A stretch of 64,000 bases of DNA, from NCBI GenBank assembly GCA_965199825.1, contig OZ241329.1, positions 864,001 to 928,000 on the forward strand. The letters are read 5' to 3'. Of the stretch, positions 1-11,084 are shown one piece after another. The stretch comes from Bdellovibrionales bacterium (GTDB taxonomy: Bacteria > Bdellovibrionota > Bdellovibrionia > Bdellovibrionales > UBA1609). The translations under genes and the position numbers were made by a program. How positions within the stretch are numbered: position 1 is the first letter of the stretch; each line of letters starts with the position of its first letter. The notes beneath the pieces are model-generated. The model did no database searches. It worked only from the letters and a program-made list of their open reading frames with translations, and was not told the DNA's origin.

Positions 1-520
1 ACCTCGACGGGATTCGCGACATGAAAGATGCACCCTCGGTGCTTTTTGTTGTGGATTTAAACAAAGAACATATCGCGGTTGCCGAAGCAAAACGCCTTCA
101 CATTCCAGTGGTGGGCATTGCTGACACAAATACAGATCCCGATATTATTGAATTTCCGATTCCAGGAAATGATGATGCGATTCGCTCAATCAAACTTTTT
201 GCAAATATGGCTGCTGAAGCTTTCTTAGAAGGTGCAAAAGAATATAGCGAATCTGCTCGTGCCCAAGCTGATAAAGAGCCTCGCTTTGAAAAACCAGAAC
301 GCGAAGAGCGTCAACCTCGTGATCGCTCGGCACCTGCGCCAAGCGGACCTGCGGTGGTCAAGGTTTCAAAACGTAAACTCGTTGCAGCCGGAACAGCCGA
401 AGATGTGGAGATCGCAATGGAGCTAGAAACTCCAAGTGATGAAGCCCCTGCGGTTGAAGAAGAAGGAGCTGTGAACGAGGCAAAAACCGAAGCTAAAAAG
501 CCTGCAAAGAAGGTTAAAAA

Positions 521-524
<4 letters not shown>
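1..524 (+). CDS. rpsB: 30S ribosomal protein S2, 5'-truncated by the window edge, with a long charged C-terminal extension
   Basis: S2 signature [21 protein letters not shown]; lies directly upstream of tsf. Confidence 0.97.
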
Positions 525-1902
<1,378 letters not shown>

Positions 1903-1924
1903 TCAAAAACTAAAAGGAGTCTTC

Positions 1925-2482
1925 ATGCTCGATAATGTTAAAAGCGATGCAACCTCAGGCATGGAAAAAGCGATTCAAGGTCTCATCAGCGAACTTAAAA
2001 AAGTGCGCACAGGTCGAGCCCAAGTCTCGATGCTCGATAGCATTCGGGTTAATTACTACGGCACACCCACACCGCTCAACCAAGTTGCCGCCCTCTCAAC
2101 TCCCGATGCAAAATCATTTTTAATTTCCCCTTGGGACACCACCGCTCTCAAAGAGATCGAGCAATCCATTGTTAAGAGCGATATCGGAATGACTCCCCAA
2201 AATGATGGCAAAGTGATCCGACTCAAAGTTCCTGAACTGACCGAACAACGTCGAAAAGATTTGGTCAAAAGCATAAAAAAAATTGTTGAAGACGCGCGCG
2301 TTGCGGTCCGCATGGCCAGACGCGATGCCAACGAGTTATTAAAAAAAGCCTTGAAAGACAAAACCATCTCTGAAGATGATGAGAAAAGATCTGAGACCGA
2401 AATCCAAAAACTCACTGACGACTACATTAAAAAAGTCGACAAGTTGGCAGAGGATAAAGAAAAAGATTTGATGACCATCTAA
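1925..2482 (+). CDS. frr: Ribosome recycling factor
   Basis: RTGRA, YYGTPTPL, PELTEQRRKDLVK; AGGAG Shine-Dalgarno (SD) upstream. Confidence 0.98.
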   Translation: MLDNVKSDATSGMEKAIQGLISELKKVRTGRAQVSMLDSIRVNYYGTPTPLNQVAALSTPDAKSFLISPWDTTALKEIEQSIVKSDIGMTPQNDGKVIRLKVPELTEQRRKDLVKSIKKIVEDARVAVRMARRDANELLKKALKDKTISEDDEKRSETEIQKLTDDYIKKVDKLAEDKEKDLMTI

Positions 2483-2500
2483 GTCCAAAGGATTGCCGCC

Positions 2501-3244
2501 TTGAAGCTTCCCAAACATTTAGCGATAATTATGGATGGTAACGGACGCTGGGCAAAGGCGCGTGGCAAGCAGCGCTTTCATGGTCACAGTCGCGGCGCAA
2601 ATGTTGCCGGCGTAATAATCGAAGAAGCCGCTCGCCTGAATATCCCTCAACTGACTTTATTTACATTTAGTACCGAAAATTGGTTGCGCCCCGAACGCGA
2701 GGTTGCATTTTTGATGATGCTCCTTTCAAGACGGTTAAAAAAAGAGCGCAACACTCTGATGAAAAACAATATTCGATTTCAATGCATTGGAGATCTTGAG
2801 CGACTGCCAAAATCGGTTTTGGATGTGGTGCATGAGACAATCAAAGTCACCGCACAAAACACCGGAATGGAGCTGGTGTTCGCCTTGAGCTACGGCGGAA
2901 GGCAGGATTTAACTTTTGCGATGAAGTCGATTGCTGCCGACATTGCCAGTGGCCAAGTGGAATTAGCCGATGTGGACGAGGCCTTGATTGCCTCACGTCT
3001 TGAAACTCATCAGTTTCATGATCCCGATTTGATTATTCGGACAAGTGGAGAATCACGACTGTCCAATTTCTTTTTATGGCAGGCGGCGTATTCAGAAATT
3101 TATATCACCGACACGCTATGGCCCGATTTTACCAAAGAAGATTTGCTGCAAGCTCTCAACTTTTTTTCCTCCCGCGAGCGTCGCTATGGACGCACCGGAG
3201 AGCAGTTGCGTGAAATGCAGTGGCCTCGCTTTCAACAAGGGTAA
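2501..3244 (+). CDS. uppS: Undecaprenyl diphosphate synthase
   Basis: HLAIIMDGNGRWA, FSTENW, DLIIRTSGESRLSNF. Confidence 0.97.
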   Translation: MKLPKHLAIIMDGNGRWAKARGKQRFHGHSRGANVAGVIIEEAARLNIPQLTLFTFSTENWLRPEREVAFLMMLLSRRLKKERNTLMKNNIRFQCIGDLERLPKSVLDVVHETIKVTAQNTGMELVFALSYGGRQDLTFAMKSIAADIASGQVELADVDEALIASRLETHQFHDPDLIIRTSGESRLSNFFLWQAAYSEIYITDTLWPDFTKEDLLQALNFFSSRERRYGRTGEQLREMQWPRFQQG

Positions 3245-4044
3245 TCTCCGCATTTGGAGCCCTTTTTATTTTATTGGGTGCAACCTATTGGGGTGGCCCC
3301 ACAGCCTTAGTGGCTTTTACTTTCTTGATTATTTTTGCAACCATTTATGAATATGACAAAATCGCCTTTTTATCTTTGGCGGTGGCTCGCCCACTCAGAA
3401 TTTTATTTGTTGTGGCATGTCTTTCGACTCTCTTGGCGCTCACTCTCAGAACTCATGCCTTTGCTTATTATGGGCTGATCAACTGTTTGATGCTCTCGAC
3501 TGGGCTATGGATTGCCCGCAATCGCATGGATAACAATGCCCTGCTCCAAGCCCTTGCCATTTGTTCGGTGGGCATTTTGTATTGTGTGGTTCTTCCTTCG
3601 TTCGCAGCCCAAGTGTTATTTTTAACAAACGGAATTGCTTGGTTTTACTCTCTATTGATTATGGTTTTTATGGGCGACATTTGTGCTTATTTTGGTGGAT
3701 ATTTTTTTGGTAAAACTCCGCTCATGCCCTCCTTAAGTCCTAAAAAAACCATCGAAGGTTCGGTCAGTGGGTTTTTTGGGACTGCATTGAGTGGGTCGGT
3801 GTTTGGATTTTATTTTTTGCCGCATGTTCCAACCGCATTTATGATTTTGATGAGTCTTGTTTTATCTTTTGCGGCTCAAAATGGAGATCTCTTTGCGTCA
3901 CTCGTCAAACGCGTTGCGAAAGTGAAAGATTCTGGTCACATTATGCCCGGCCATGGTGGAGTCCTGGACCGCTTTGATGGGGTTTATTTCGCAGCGCCCA
4001 TCTTATTTACTTTTGCATCTTACTTCGAGACCAGCTCAATTTGA
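3220..4044 (+). CDS. cdsA: Phosphatidate cytidylyltransferase
   Basis: Multi-TM protein with SPKKTIEG and KDSGHIMPGHGGVLDRFD. Confidence 0.96.
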   Translation: MASLSTRVISAFGALFILLGATYWGGPTALVAFTFLIIFATIYEYDKIAFLSLAVARPLRILFVVACLSTLLALTLRTHAFAYYGLINCLMLSTGLWIARNRMDNNALLQALAICSVGILYCVVLPSFAAQVLFLTNGIAWFYSLLIMVFMGDICAYFGGYFFGKTPLMPSLSPKKTIEGSVSGFFGTALSGSVFGFYFLPHVPTAFMILMSLVLSFAAQNGDLFASLVKRVAKVKDSGHIMPGHGGVLDRFDGVYFAAPILFTFASYFETSSI

Positions 4045-4085
4045 GGCGATCAATTTTTTGAAATTGATGATAAAATTTAGCCCAT

Positions 4086-5732
4086 ATGACACAAATTTTA
4101 GTTTGGCTTCAGCATGGTTTTATCACAGTCGGTCCATTTTTTATTTTGCTCGGGATTTTGATTTTCGTCCATGAGCTTGGTCACTTTGCGGTAGCCAAAT
4201 ATTTTAAAGTCCGAGTGGAGACTTTTAGTCTCGGGTTTGGCAAAAAGATTTTTAAATATAAAAAAGGCGATACCACCTATGCGGTCTCGCTGATCCCTGC
4301 GGGCGGCTATGTCAAAATGTATGGCGACGATCCCAATGCCGAAGTTCCTGAACACGAAAAAGCGCATGCGTTTTTGCACAAACCAGTAAGTCAGCGGATC
4401 TGGATTGTTCTTGCTGGCCCCTTGATGAATTTCTTTTTCGCGGTGCTTTTGCTTTTTGCGATCGGCATGATTGGCGAGCAATTGCCGAGCACCGAACTTG
4501 GCGACATCAATGCGGGCACTGCCGCGGCTCAAGCCGGATTTCAATCGGGCGATAAAGTTTTGAGCATCAATGGTCAAAGCGTTGTGACTTGGTCTCAGCT
4601 TCGCGATCGAGTTGAGAATTCTCCGCAGACCAGCCTTGAATTTCAGGTGCAGCGCGGAGAACAAACAATTGTGGTCAATGCCACACCCACCTTGGGCGAA
4701 AGCGAAAGTCCGCTAAGTCTTAAAAAAAATGTGGGCCGCATTGAGGGTTTAACAAATGAATCGGTGGCTACAGTGGTTGGACTTAGAGACGGTCTGCTTG
4801 CCCATACCGATATGAAAAATTTAAGCCGAATCGTTTCGATTAACGGCAAAGAAGTTCATTATTTTCGTGAGCTTACGCCAGTTCTTTATGACGAAGCCAA
4901 AAAATCTGGAAAATTAGTTTTAAAAGTTCAAGAAGACGAAAAGCCCGAGCAGACCATCCATGTTGAACTTCAGCCCGAGGCCATCGACTCATTGGGAATT
5001 GAAAGTTCGGAGCTCTACTTAGCTCGCATCAAAAGCGATTCTCCCGCACAGCGTGCGGGTTTTATTGTGGGCGATAAAATTTTAAAACTAGGTGATCAGC
5101 CAATCACTCAGTGGAAACAAATTATCGAGCGCGTTTCTGTTTACGACGCCAGCAAAGGCCCATTGAAGTTTCAAATTCTTCGCTCTGGAAAAGTTTTGAA
5201 TCTCGATGTTAACCCTGAGATGACCGACACCATGACTCTTCAAGGAAAGGAAGAAAAACGCTATACCATTGGTGTGCTTCCCGCTTTGGCGATGACGATT
5301 TCTACTCCGGTTTATTTTCGCATTTCCAATCCTATAAAGGCTTTGGAAAATGGTTTTGTTAAAACTTATGAACTCAGCCAAATGGTTGTGATGGGTCTTG
5401 TGAGACTCGTTCAAAATCAAGTTTCATCCAAAAATATTGGCGGCATGATCTCGATCGGGCGTTATGCCAGTCAGAGTTTTGAGATGGGGCTCGTCGCATT
5501 TTTAAAAATGATGGCTTTGATTTCGGTTAATTTATTTTTACTCAATCTTTTACCTGTTCCGGTTCTTGATGGTGGTCACTTGGTGTTTTTTGCGATCGAA
5601 GCCATTAAGGGCAGTCCGTTGAGCCTTAAGAAAATGGAAATCGCACAGCAAATTGGAATCATCTTACTGATGTCGCTTATGGCTTTTGCATTTTTTAACG
5701 ACATTTCAAATTTGATCAAGCCCGCTTGGTGA
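4086..5732 (+). CDS. rseP: RIP metalloprotease RseP with multiple PDZ domains
   Basis: HELGH, NLLPVPVLDGG, PDZ-like AGF..GDKVL repeats. Confidence 0.96.
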   Translation: MTQILVWLQHGFITVGPFFILLGILIFVHELGHFAVAKYFKVRVETFSLGFGKKIFKYKKGDTTYAVSLIPAGGYVKMYGDDPNAEVPEHEKAHAFLHKPVSQRIWIVLAGPLMNFFFAVLLLFAIGMIGEQLPSTELGDINAGTAAAQAGFQSGDKVLSINGQSVVTWSQLRDRVENSPQTSLEFQVQRGEQTIVVNATPTLGESESPLSLKKNVGRIEGLTNESVATVVGLRDGLLAHTDMKNLSRIVSINGKEVHYFRELTPVLYDEAKKSGKLVLKVQEDEKPEQTIHVELQPEAIDSLGIESSELYLARIKSDSPAQRAGFIVGDKILKLGDQPITQWKQIIERVSVYDASKGPLKFQILRSGKVLNLDVNPEMTDTMTLQGKEEKRYTIGVLPALAMTISTPVYFRISNPIKALENGFVKTYELSQMVVMGLVRLVQNQVSSKNIGGMISIGRYASQSFEMGLVAFLKMMALISVNLFLLNLLPVPVLDGGHLVFFAIEAIKGSPLSLKKMEIAQQIGIILLMSLMAFAFFNDISNLIKPAW

Positions 5733-6379
5733 TGCTCGGTTTAAGTATCGAGACCTCTTCGAATTTAGGAAGTGTTGCGCTCTTTGAATCAAATCCGTTT
5801 CGAATTATAAAGAGCTTTGAGTGGGAGCGCACTCAAAGCCATTCCGAGTTGGTGACCGACCACATTCAACAACTGTTTGAACATCATCAGCCGTCTGATC
5901 TCAAGGTCATTGCGGTTGGAATTGGGCCCGGAAGTTTTACCGGAGTCAGAGTTGCGATCAATGTGGCAAAAGCTTTTGGTTATGCCCAAAAAATTCCGAT
6001 CTTTGCCTGCAACTCTCACCAAATTTTGGCCAGCTCAGTTTCAGAAGATTGTGTGGTGATCACAAATGCGTATAAAAATTTATATTTTTTTTCGAGATAC
6101 CAAAATCAGGACGAGACCATTCAACCACGAGTCTTAAGTCTAGAAGAATTAAAAACCGAAATCCAAAATCCAATCCTTAGTCTAGGCCCACTCCCCCAAA
6201 TCTTGCCACAGCTCAAGGTTAACCCCAACCTTCGTCCCTATCCAAAGGCTACGATTTTGGCTCAACACTTTTCTAAAATCGATTCTCCTCAGCTTTTATT
6301 GTGGTCAGAGGTAAAACCCCTTTATCTTCGAGCATCTGCGGCCGAAGAGGTTTTAGAAGCAAGGAAGTCAAAATCGTGA
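5726..6379 (+). CDS. tsaB: tRNA threonylcarbamoyladenosine biosynthesis protein TsaB
   Basis: LSIETS, HSE, GIGPGSFTGVRV, PLYLR. Confidence 0.93.
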   Translation: MVMLGLSIETSSNLGSVALFESNPFRIIKSFEWERTQSHSELVTDHIQQLFEHHQPSDLKVIAVGIGPGSFTGVRVAINVAKAFGYAQKIPIFACNSHQILASSVSEDCVVITNAYKNLYFFSRYQNQDETIQPRVLSLEELKTEIQNPILSLGPLPQILPQLKVNPNLRPYPKATILAQHFSKIDSPQLLLWSEVKPLYLRASAAEEVLEARKSKS

Positions 6380-7344
6380 ACGAACCTATTTCTCTCCAAG
6401 AATTTAGCCTGTTGCGCGGCCAACTCGAGTCGAAGGCAACGATTATCGCCGTGGGTGGCGGAAAGGGCGGCGTGGGGAAATCATTTTTTTCTTCTTCTCT
6501 CGCAATATTTTTGGGTCACCTTGGTCACAAGACTTTGCTTGTTGATATGGATCTTGGCGCCGGAAATGTGCACACCTGTTTAGGCGAAGGTCTTCCTGCA
6601 GTAGGCATCAACGAATTTTTGCGGAATCCAAATTTAAAACTCGAAGACGTTAAGAGCTCAACCAAACTTCCAAATCTTGATATCATCACCGGCTGCTCTG
6701 AGGTTTTTGATACAGCAGCCATCACCGATGACCAAAAGTCGCGGTTAATGTCGGCTCTTTACGCTTATCCCAGTGAATTTATCGTGCTCGATTTGAGTGC
6801 TGGAACTCATCAGTCCACTCTTGATTTCTTTTTGATGGCGCAACGACGCATCGTGGTTGTGACGCCAGAGCCTTCGAGCATCGAAAATGCTTACCGATTT
6901 ATGAAGGCTAGTTTTTATCGCAAGCTTAAGCGCTTCGAATTTCAACTGCAACTTGGCACATTGACCGATGATCTTATGACTGAGCGTCAACAGCTTGGGA
7001 TTCGTAGTCCTGGAGATTTATTACGCGCAATCGAAAAGCGTGCACCACAGGGCGGCGAACGTTTGCGAAACGTGATGGACGATTTGCAATTCGAAATCAT
7101 ATTAAATCAGTCGCGAAGTTTGGCCGACGTCGAGTTAGGTCCACACATTAAAAGTGTTTGTCATAAGTATTTTGGAGTTCCTTGCCATCTTATGGGTCAC
7201 ATAGAGTATGATAATGCTGTCTGGCAGTCGCTGCGCAAAAAGCGACCGTTAGTTATCGAATACCCTTATAGCCGTTTGTATGCGCAACTTTTATCGGTTG
7301 CTCGACGAATCGCAGGATCCCGCTACAAAGCGAAAGCAGGATAA
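6376..7344 (+). CDS. MinD/FlhG-like P-loop ATPase
   Basis: Deviant Walker A GGGKGGVGKS, VDMDLG, VVVTPEPSSIENAY; GTG start overlaps the tsaB stop. Confidence 0.85.
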   Translation: MNEPISLQEFSLLRGQLESKATIIAVGGGKGGVGKSFFSSSLAIFLGHLGHKTLLVDMDLGAGNVHTCLGEGLPAVGINEFLRNPNLKLEDVKSSTKLPNLDIITGCSEVFDTAAITDDQKSRLMSALYAYPSEFIVLDLSAGTHQSTLDFFLMAQRRIVVVTPEPSSIENAYRFMKASFYRKLKRFEFQLQLGTLTDDLMTERQQLGIRSPGDLLRAIEKRAPQGGERLRNVMDDLQFEIILNQSRSLADVELGPHIKSVCHKYFGVPCHLMGHIEYDNAVWQSLRKKRPLVIEYPYSRLYAQLLSVARRIAGSRYKAKAG

Positions 7345-7359
7345 AAGAAGAAGGCAGAA

Positions 7360-8007
7360 ATGAAAAGTGAGCGCTTCGAACAACAAACCTATTACGACAT
7401 TTTAGAAGTGCCCAATACGGCAGCCCCTCAAGAAATTCACGCCGCCTATCAACGCGCAAAACAAACTTACTCAACCGAAAGCCCCGCCCTTTACACCATG
7501 TTCACACAAGAAGAAGCCAAGGCTTTGATTGTGCTGATCGAAGAGGCTTATCTCACGCTGAGCAATCAAGCGCGGCGAAAACTCTACGACCAAAAATTGG
7601 TGAATCGAAGCCAACAGGATCTCCCCGATTTCAAAGTGGCCGAAGTGATTGCACCTCAACGTCCAGTGGCAGCGGGAACCCCAAGCGGAATGGGCAAAAC
7701 AAAATTTGGTCTTTATCCATTACGACCTGAGATGGAAAAAGAAATCACAGAGTGCACAGAATTTGATGGTCCATTTATAAAAAAAGTGCGCTCTTACAAA
7801 AAAATAACTCTTGAGCAAATGTGCGATGAAACTCGCATCAACAAGCCTTATTTAGTGGCTCTCGAAAATAATGATTTCAAACAACTGCCTGCACCCGTTT
7901 TTGTTCGTGGTTTTGTAATACAGCTTGCAAGATTGATGGGCGTTAACGAAAAAAAAATGACCGACAGCTATATTCAAATGATGAAAAAGGCACTTAACAT
8001 CTCGTGA
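7360..8007 (+). CDS. Degenerate J-domain fused to a RodZ-like helix-turn-helix (HTH) domain
   Basis: YYDILEV..AY..LS..R..YD J-like fold without HPD; C-terminal TRI..YL.ALE..LPAPVFVRGFV HTH signature. Confidence 0.8.
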   Translation: MKSERFEQQTYYDILEVPNTAAPQEIHAAYQRAKQTYSTESPALYTMFTQEEAKALIVLIEEAYLTLSNQARRKLYDQKLVNRSQQDLPDFKVAEVIAPQRPVAAGTPSGMGKTKFGLYPLRPEMEKEITECTEFDGPFIKKVRSYKKITLEQMCDETRINKPYLVALENNDFKQLPAPVFVRGFVIQLARLMGVNEKKMTDSYIQMMKKALNIS

Positions 8008-8894
8008 AATTTGAAGTCCCAGCGGCTTGCGTGGGGCTCCGTTTAGACAAAGCCCTCTCTCATGATCAAACTATCTCAACCCGCTCACGTGCCGAAAAAT
8101 TAATTGCCCAAGGTCGTGTGACCTTGAATGGTTTGGTTTTAAGGTCATCTTACAAATGCCGCACTGGAGATGTTTACCACATCGATTGGCCGCTTCCGGT
8201 CTCAAGTGAACTCACCCCCTGGGATTTTAAACTCGATGTGGTCTTTGAAGACAATGAATTGTTGGTAATCGAAAAACCCTCGGGACTCGTAGTCCACCCC
8301 TCTCACGGCCATTCGGAACATACGCTGGTGCATGCTTTGCTGTTTCACACCAAAAATCTTTCGATGGGTTTTAACGAGCTTAGGCCCGGCATTGTTCATC
8401 GATTGGATAAAGACACTTCGGGCTTACTCGTCATCGCAAAAACCGATCATGCTCATAAGGCCTTGGCCGAACAGTTCAAGGCCCACACCGTAAAGCGGCG
8501 CTACTGGGCCATTGTTCACAGCACTCCTCGATTAGCGAGCGGAGTCATCACAACTTTTTTAAATCGCCACCCCTCCGATCGCAAAAAATATGCATCCAGT
8601 ACCAAGGGCAAAAAAGCGGTGACCCACTACCGCGTTTTGAAAACTCACGGTGCATTCTCACTATTGGAATGTCGGCTCGAAACAGGCCGCACTCATCAAA
8701 TTCGGGTTCATCTTTCTGAGATGGGGCATCCGCTAGTTGGCGATGTGATCTATGGACGAAAAGAAAAGTTTAAATCGCGATTGGGTCTTCACGCCTTCGA
8801 GCTGGGATTTGAGCATCCTTTGAGTGGTGAGGGGATGAATTTCAAATCGCAGTGGCCAAAGGATCTTGAGCAGTGGGAGCAATTTCATGTTTGA
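8004..8894 (+). CDS. rluD: RluA-family pseudouridine synthase (RluD-like, S4 domain)
   Basis: RLDKAL, KPSGLVVHP, GIVHRLDKDTSG, LETGRTHQIRVH. Confidence 0.92.
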   Translation: MKFEVPAACVGLRLDKALSHDQTISTRSRAEKLIAQGRVTLNGLVLRSSYKCRTGDVYHIDWPLPVSSELTPWDFKLDVVFEDNELLVIEKPSGLVVHPSHGHSEHTLVHALLFHTKNLSMGFNELRPGIVHRLDKDTSGLLVIAKTDHAHKALAEQFKAHTVKRRYWAIVHSTPRLASGVITTFLNRHPSDRKKYASSTKGKKAVTHYRVLKTHGAFSLLECRLETGRTHQIRVHLSEMGHPLVGDVIYGRKEKFKSRLGLHAFELGFEHPLSGEGMNFKSQWPKDLEQWEQFHV

Positions 8895-9510
8895 GGTTTT
8901 TAAAAACTATCATTTATTGAGATTGGATTCGTGCCTCTATTTTTTTGGCAATCGCTTTTTTGATCGCGGAGATCTTGATCGCGAATTTCCTTTGTTGCGA
9001 TTTTCTTGGCTCAAACAAATTCATAGTGATCTTGCGGTTGAAGCTTCGGATGGCTTTGCGGCTGATGCTCACTATACTTTTGAGCCTCGGCTTGGACTTG
9101 TGATCCAAACTGCCGATTGTGTTCCGATTCTCCTTTATCGTGAAGGATGCGTGGCCAGTGTCCATGCGGGCTGGCGTGGGATTGCCTCAAATATTATTGC
9201 AAAAACAATTTTGCCGCTCGGACTTGGTGATTGGACTGCGGTGATTGGCCCACACATTCACAACTACGAAGTGGGCCAAGAAATTTTGCCGCAACTGGTG
9301 GGTGATTTGACGGCGGCAGTGTCTCCCCATCCTCATCCGGGCAAAGCTCTTGTGAATTTGTCGATGCTGGTGCGTCGCCAACTGGCGGCTTGTGGTGTGG
9401 AGCGAATTGAAGAACTGGACCTTGATACTTATTCTGGAGAAGACCAAGCTTCGTACCGCCGCACCGGGGGTCCGGTACGACAGTTGAGTTTTGTGGCGCG
9501 ACTCGATTAG
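8887..9510 (+). CDS. pgeF: YfiH/PgeF family protein (peptidoglycan editing factor / laccase-like)
   Basis: QIHS, TADCVPILL, HAGWRG, IGPHI, SYRR; typical position after rluD. Confidence 0.92.
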   Translation: MFEVFKNYHLLRLDSCLYFFGNRFFDRGDLDREFPLLRFSWLKQIHSDLAVEASDGFAADAHYTFEPRLGLVIQTADCVPILLYREGCVASVHAGWRGIASNIIAKTILPLGLGDWTAVIGPHIHNYEVGQEILPQLVGDLTAAVSPHPHPGKALVNLSMLVRRQLAACGVERIEELDLDTYSGEDQASYRRTGGPVRQLSFVARLD

Positions 9511-9512
9511 AA
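9479..9512 (+). repeat. 34-bp direct repeat, left copy (3' end of pgeF)
   Basis: GACAGTTGAGTTTTgtGGCGCGACTCGATTAGAA matches 11043-11076 at 32/34 positions. Confidence 0.93.
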
Positions 9513-9513
9513 G

Positions 9514-10953
9514 TTAGATTCGTGATCGAATTAAACGAAATCCAACCGTGGGATAATAATAATTTGGTGGTTTACTAGATATTGCAGCCGATCGTAAATC
9601 GAGTGCGGCATCTTGGTAGGAGCCCCCACGCGTCCCCGTGGTGTAAACGATATCTTTTTCTTTTTCAGGCGCAATGACTTTGGGACGCACGGTTTGGGTC
9701 CATTGAGCAACATTCCCATATATGTCGAACATACCAAAAGGATTATTGTCTTTTTTAGCAACAGGATGAGTGTGATTGTCTGAATTGGCATTGTACCAGG
9801 CGTATTGATCAAGCTTGCTTCGATCGTCTCCAAAGAAATATGCGGTTTGAGTTCCTCCACGTGCCGCAGATTCCCACTCTTCATCACTTGGTAATCGATA
9901 TTGATATTTTAGATCTTGAGAATTTAATTTCGTTATAAAATCTTGAACTTGATTCCAAGAAACTGTTTCTACAGGAAGACTTGGGCAGATGCCGACTCCA
10001 TCTCTCACCGCATAAGTTTCAGGGCAATTTTTAGGCTTTGAAAAATATGAGGGATTTGTTCCCATGATTGACCACCACTGATATTGGGTCACTGCAGTTG
10101 AACCCATTTCAAAGGCCTTTAATATTGTCACATCAAATTGATTTTCGTTATTCCTTCGACCAAGTTCGGTCTTTGGACTACCAACAGTAAAGCTGCCGGC
10201 AGGAATCAAAAATGTGCCCATTTCAAGGTTGTTCTGTGACAGATAGCTCCGAAGAATTTGATAAGCGATGGAGTCGGAGGCATCTGAAAACTTGTAATTT
10301 GTGATTTCCTCTTTGCCGATAACGTTATCAACAAGCTTGTCAATCGACTCATTCATTGACGAGATGAATTCCTCTCCAGGAGAGGCACGATCAATTTTTT
10401 CAACAAGTGTTTTGAATTCCTCCACATCCATATTTTGTGCTGCACAATCGTTTTTGACTGAAACTGTTCCACAATAAAAATTAATAAACCTTAAAATTTT
10501 ATCTTTTTCTTTTTGAAGCTGAACCAAATTAAATCGCTGATCCTGATTGTTGATCGCCTCCTTATACTTGTTCAATTTCGACCTCTCATACGCGCTAACT
10601 AAAGGAAAGTTTTGCATATAGAGAGAGTCTTTCAACCGCTTTTTGAATTGTTCTACCGGCACCTCAACTGCGTGTGTTCCATTAATTGGGGTGCAATCCT
10701 CTTGCATTTGCACCACCGAATAAGGCTCACATTGTTTGATAATAATATTATCGTTTAGCTTAAAAAAGAAAATCACATTACCTTTGGGTTCGATAAGTGC
10801 AATGGATGCTTTCTTGATATTGCGATCGGTTGCCCGCGGAAGCGCAAATGAAGAAAACGATGCAAGGTTGCGCTGTGCTCTTACATTATCTGCCACGCGA
10901 TGGGTTGAGGAACAGCCAACAAAAATTAAACAAAATATGACAAGTCTAAACAT
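9514..10953 (-). CDS. Lipoprotein with a C-terminal formylglycine-generating-enzyme (FGE-sulfatase / C-type lectin fold) domain
   Basis: Lipobox FVGC; IPAGSFTVGS, VTQYQW, PVETVSW, RLPSDEEWE, GMFDIYGNVAQW, RGGSY..RSA..VGFR. Confidence 0.88.
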   Translation of the reverse strand: MFRLVIFCLIFVGCSSTHRVADNVRAQRNLASFSSFALPRATDRNIKKASIALIEPKGNVIFFFKLNDNIIIKQCEPYSVVQMQEDCTPINGTHAVEVPVEQFKKRLKDSLYMQNFPLVSAYERSKLNKYKEAINNQDQRFNLVQLQKEKDKILRFINFYCGTVSVKNDCAAQNMDVEEFKTLVEKIDRASPGEEFISSMNESIDKLVDNVIGKEEITNYKFSDASDSIAYQILRSYLSQNNLEMGTFLIPAGSFTVGSPKTELGRRNNENQFDVTILKAFEMGSTAVTQYQWWSIMGTNPSYFSKPKNCPETYAVRDGVGICPSLPVETVSWNQVQDFITKLNSQDLKYQYRLPSDEEWESAARGGTQTAYFFGDDRSKLDQYAWYNANSDNHTHPVAKKDNNPFGMFDIYGNVAQWTQTVRPKVIAPEKEKDIVYTTGTRGGSYQDAALDLRSAAISSKPPNYYYPTVGFRLIRSRI

Positions 10954-11042
10954 ATTTATTTAGTTATCCTTTGAAGGGGTAAAGCCAGATTTCAAATCAC
11001 TCATCGTTCATTTGCAACTAGACCTTGATACTTTTTGGGGCA

Positions 11043-11076
11043 GACAGTTGAGTTTTAAGGCGCGACTCGATTAGAA
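11043..11076 (+). repeat. 34-bp direct repeat, right copy; overlaps a predicted promoter TTGAGT-N18-TAGAAT (11048-11077)
   Basis: GACAGTTGAGTTTTaaGGCGCGACTCGATTAGAA. Confidence 0.93.
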
Positions 11077-11084
11077 TAAGCATC

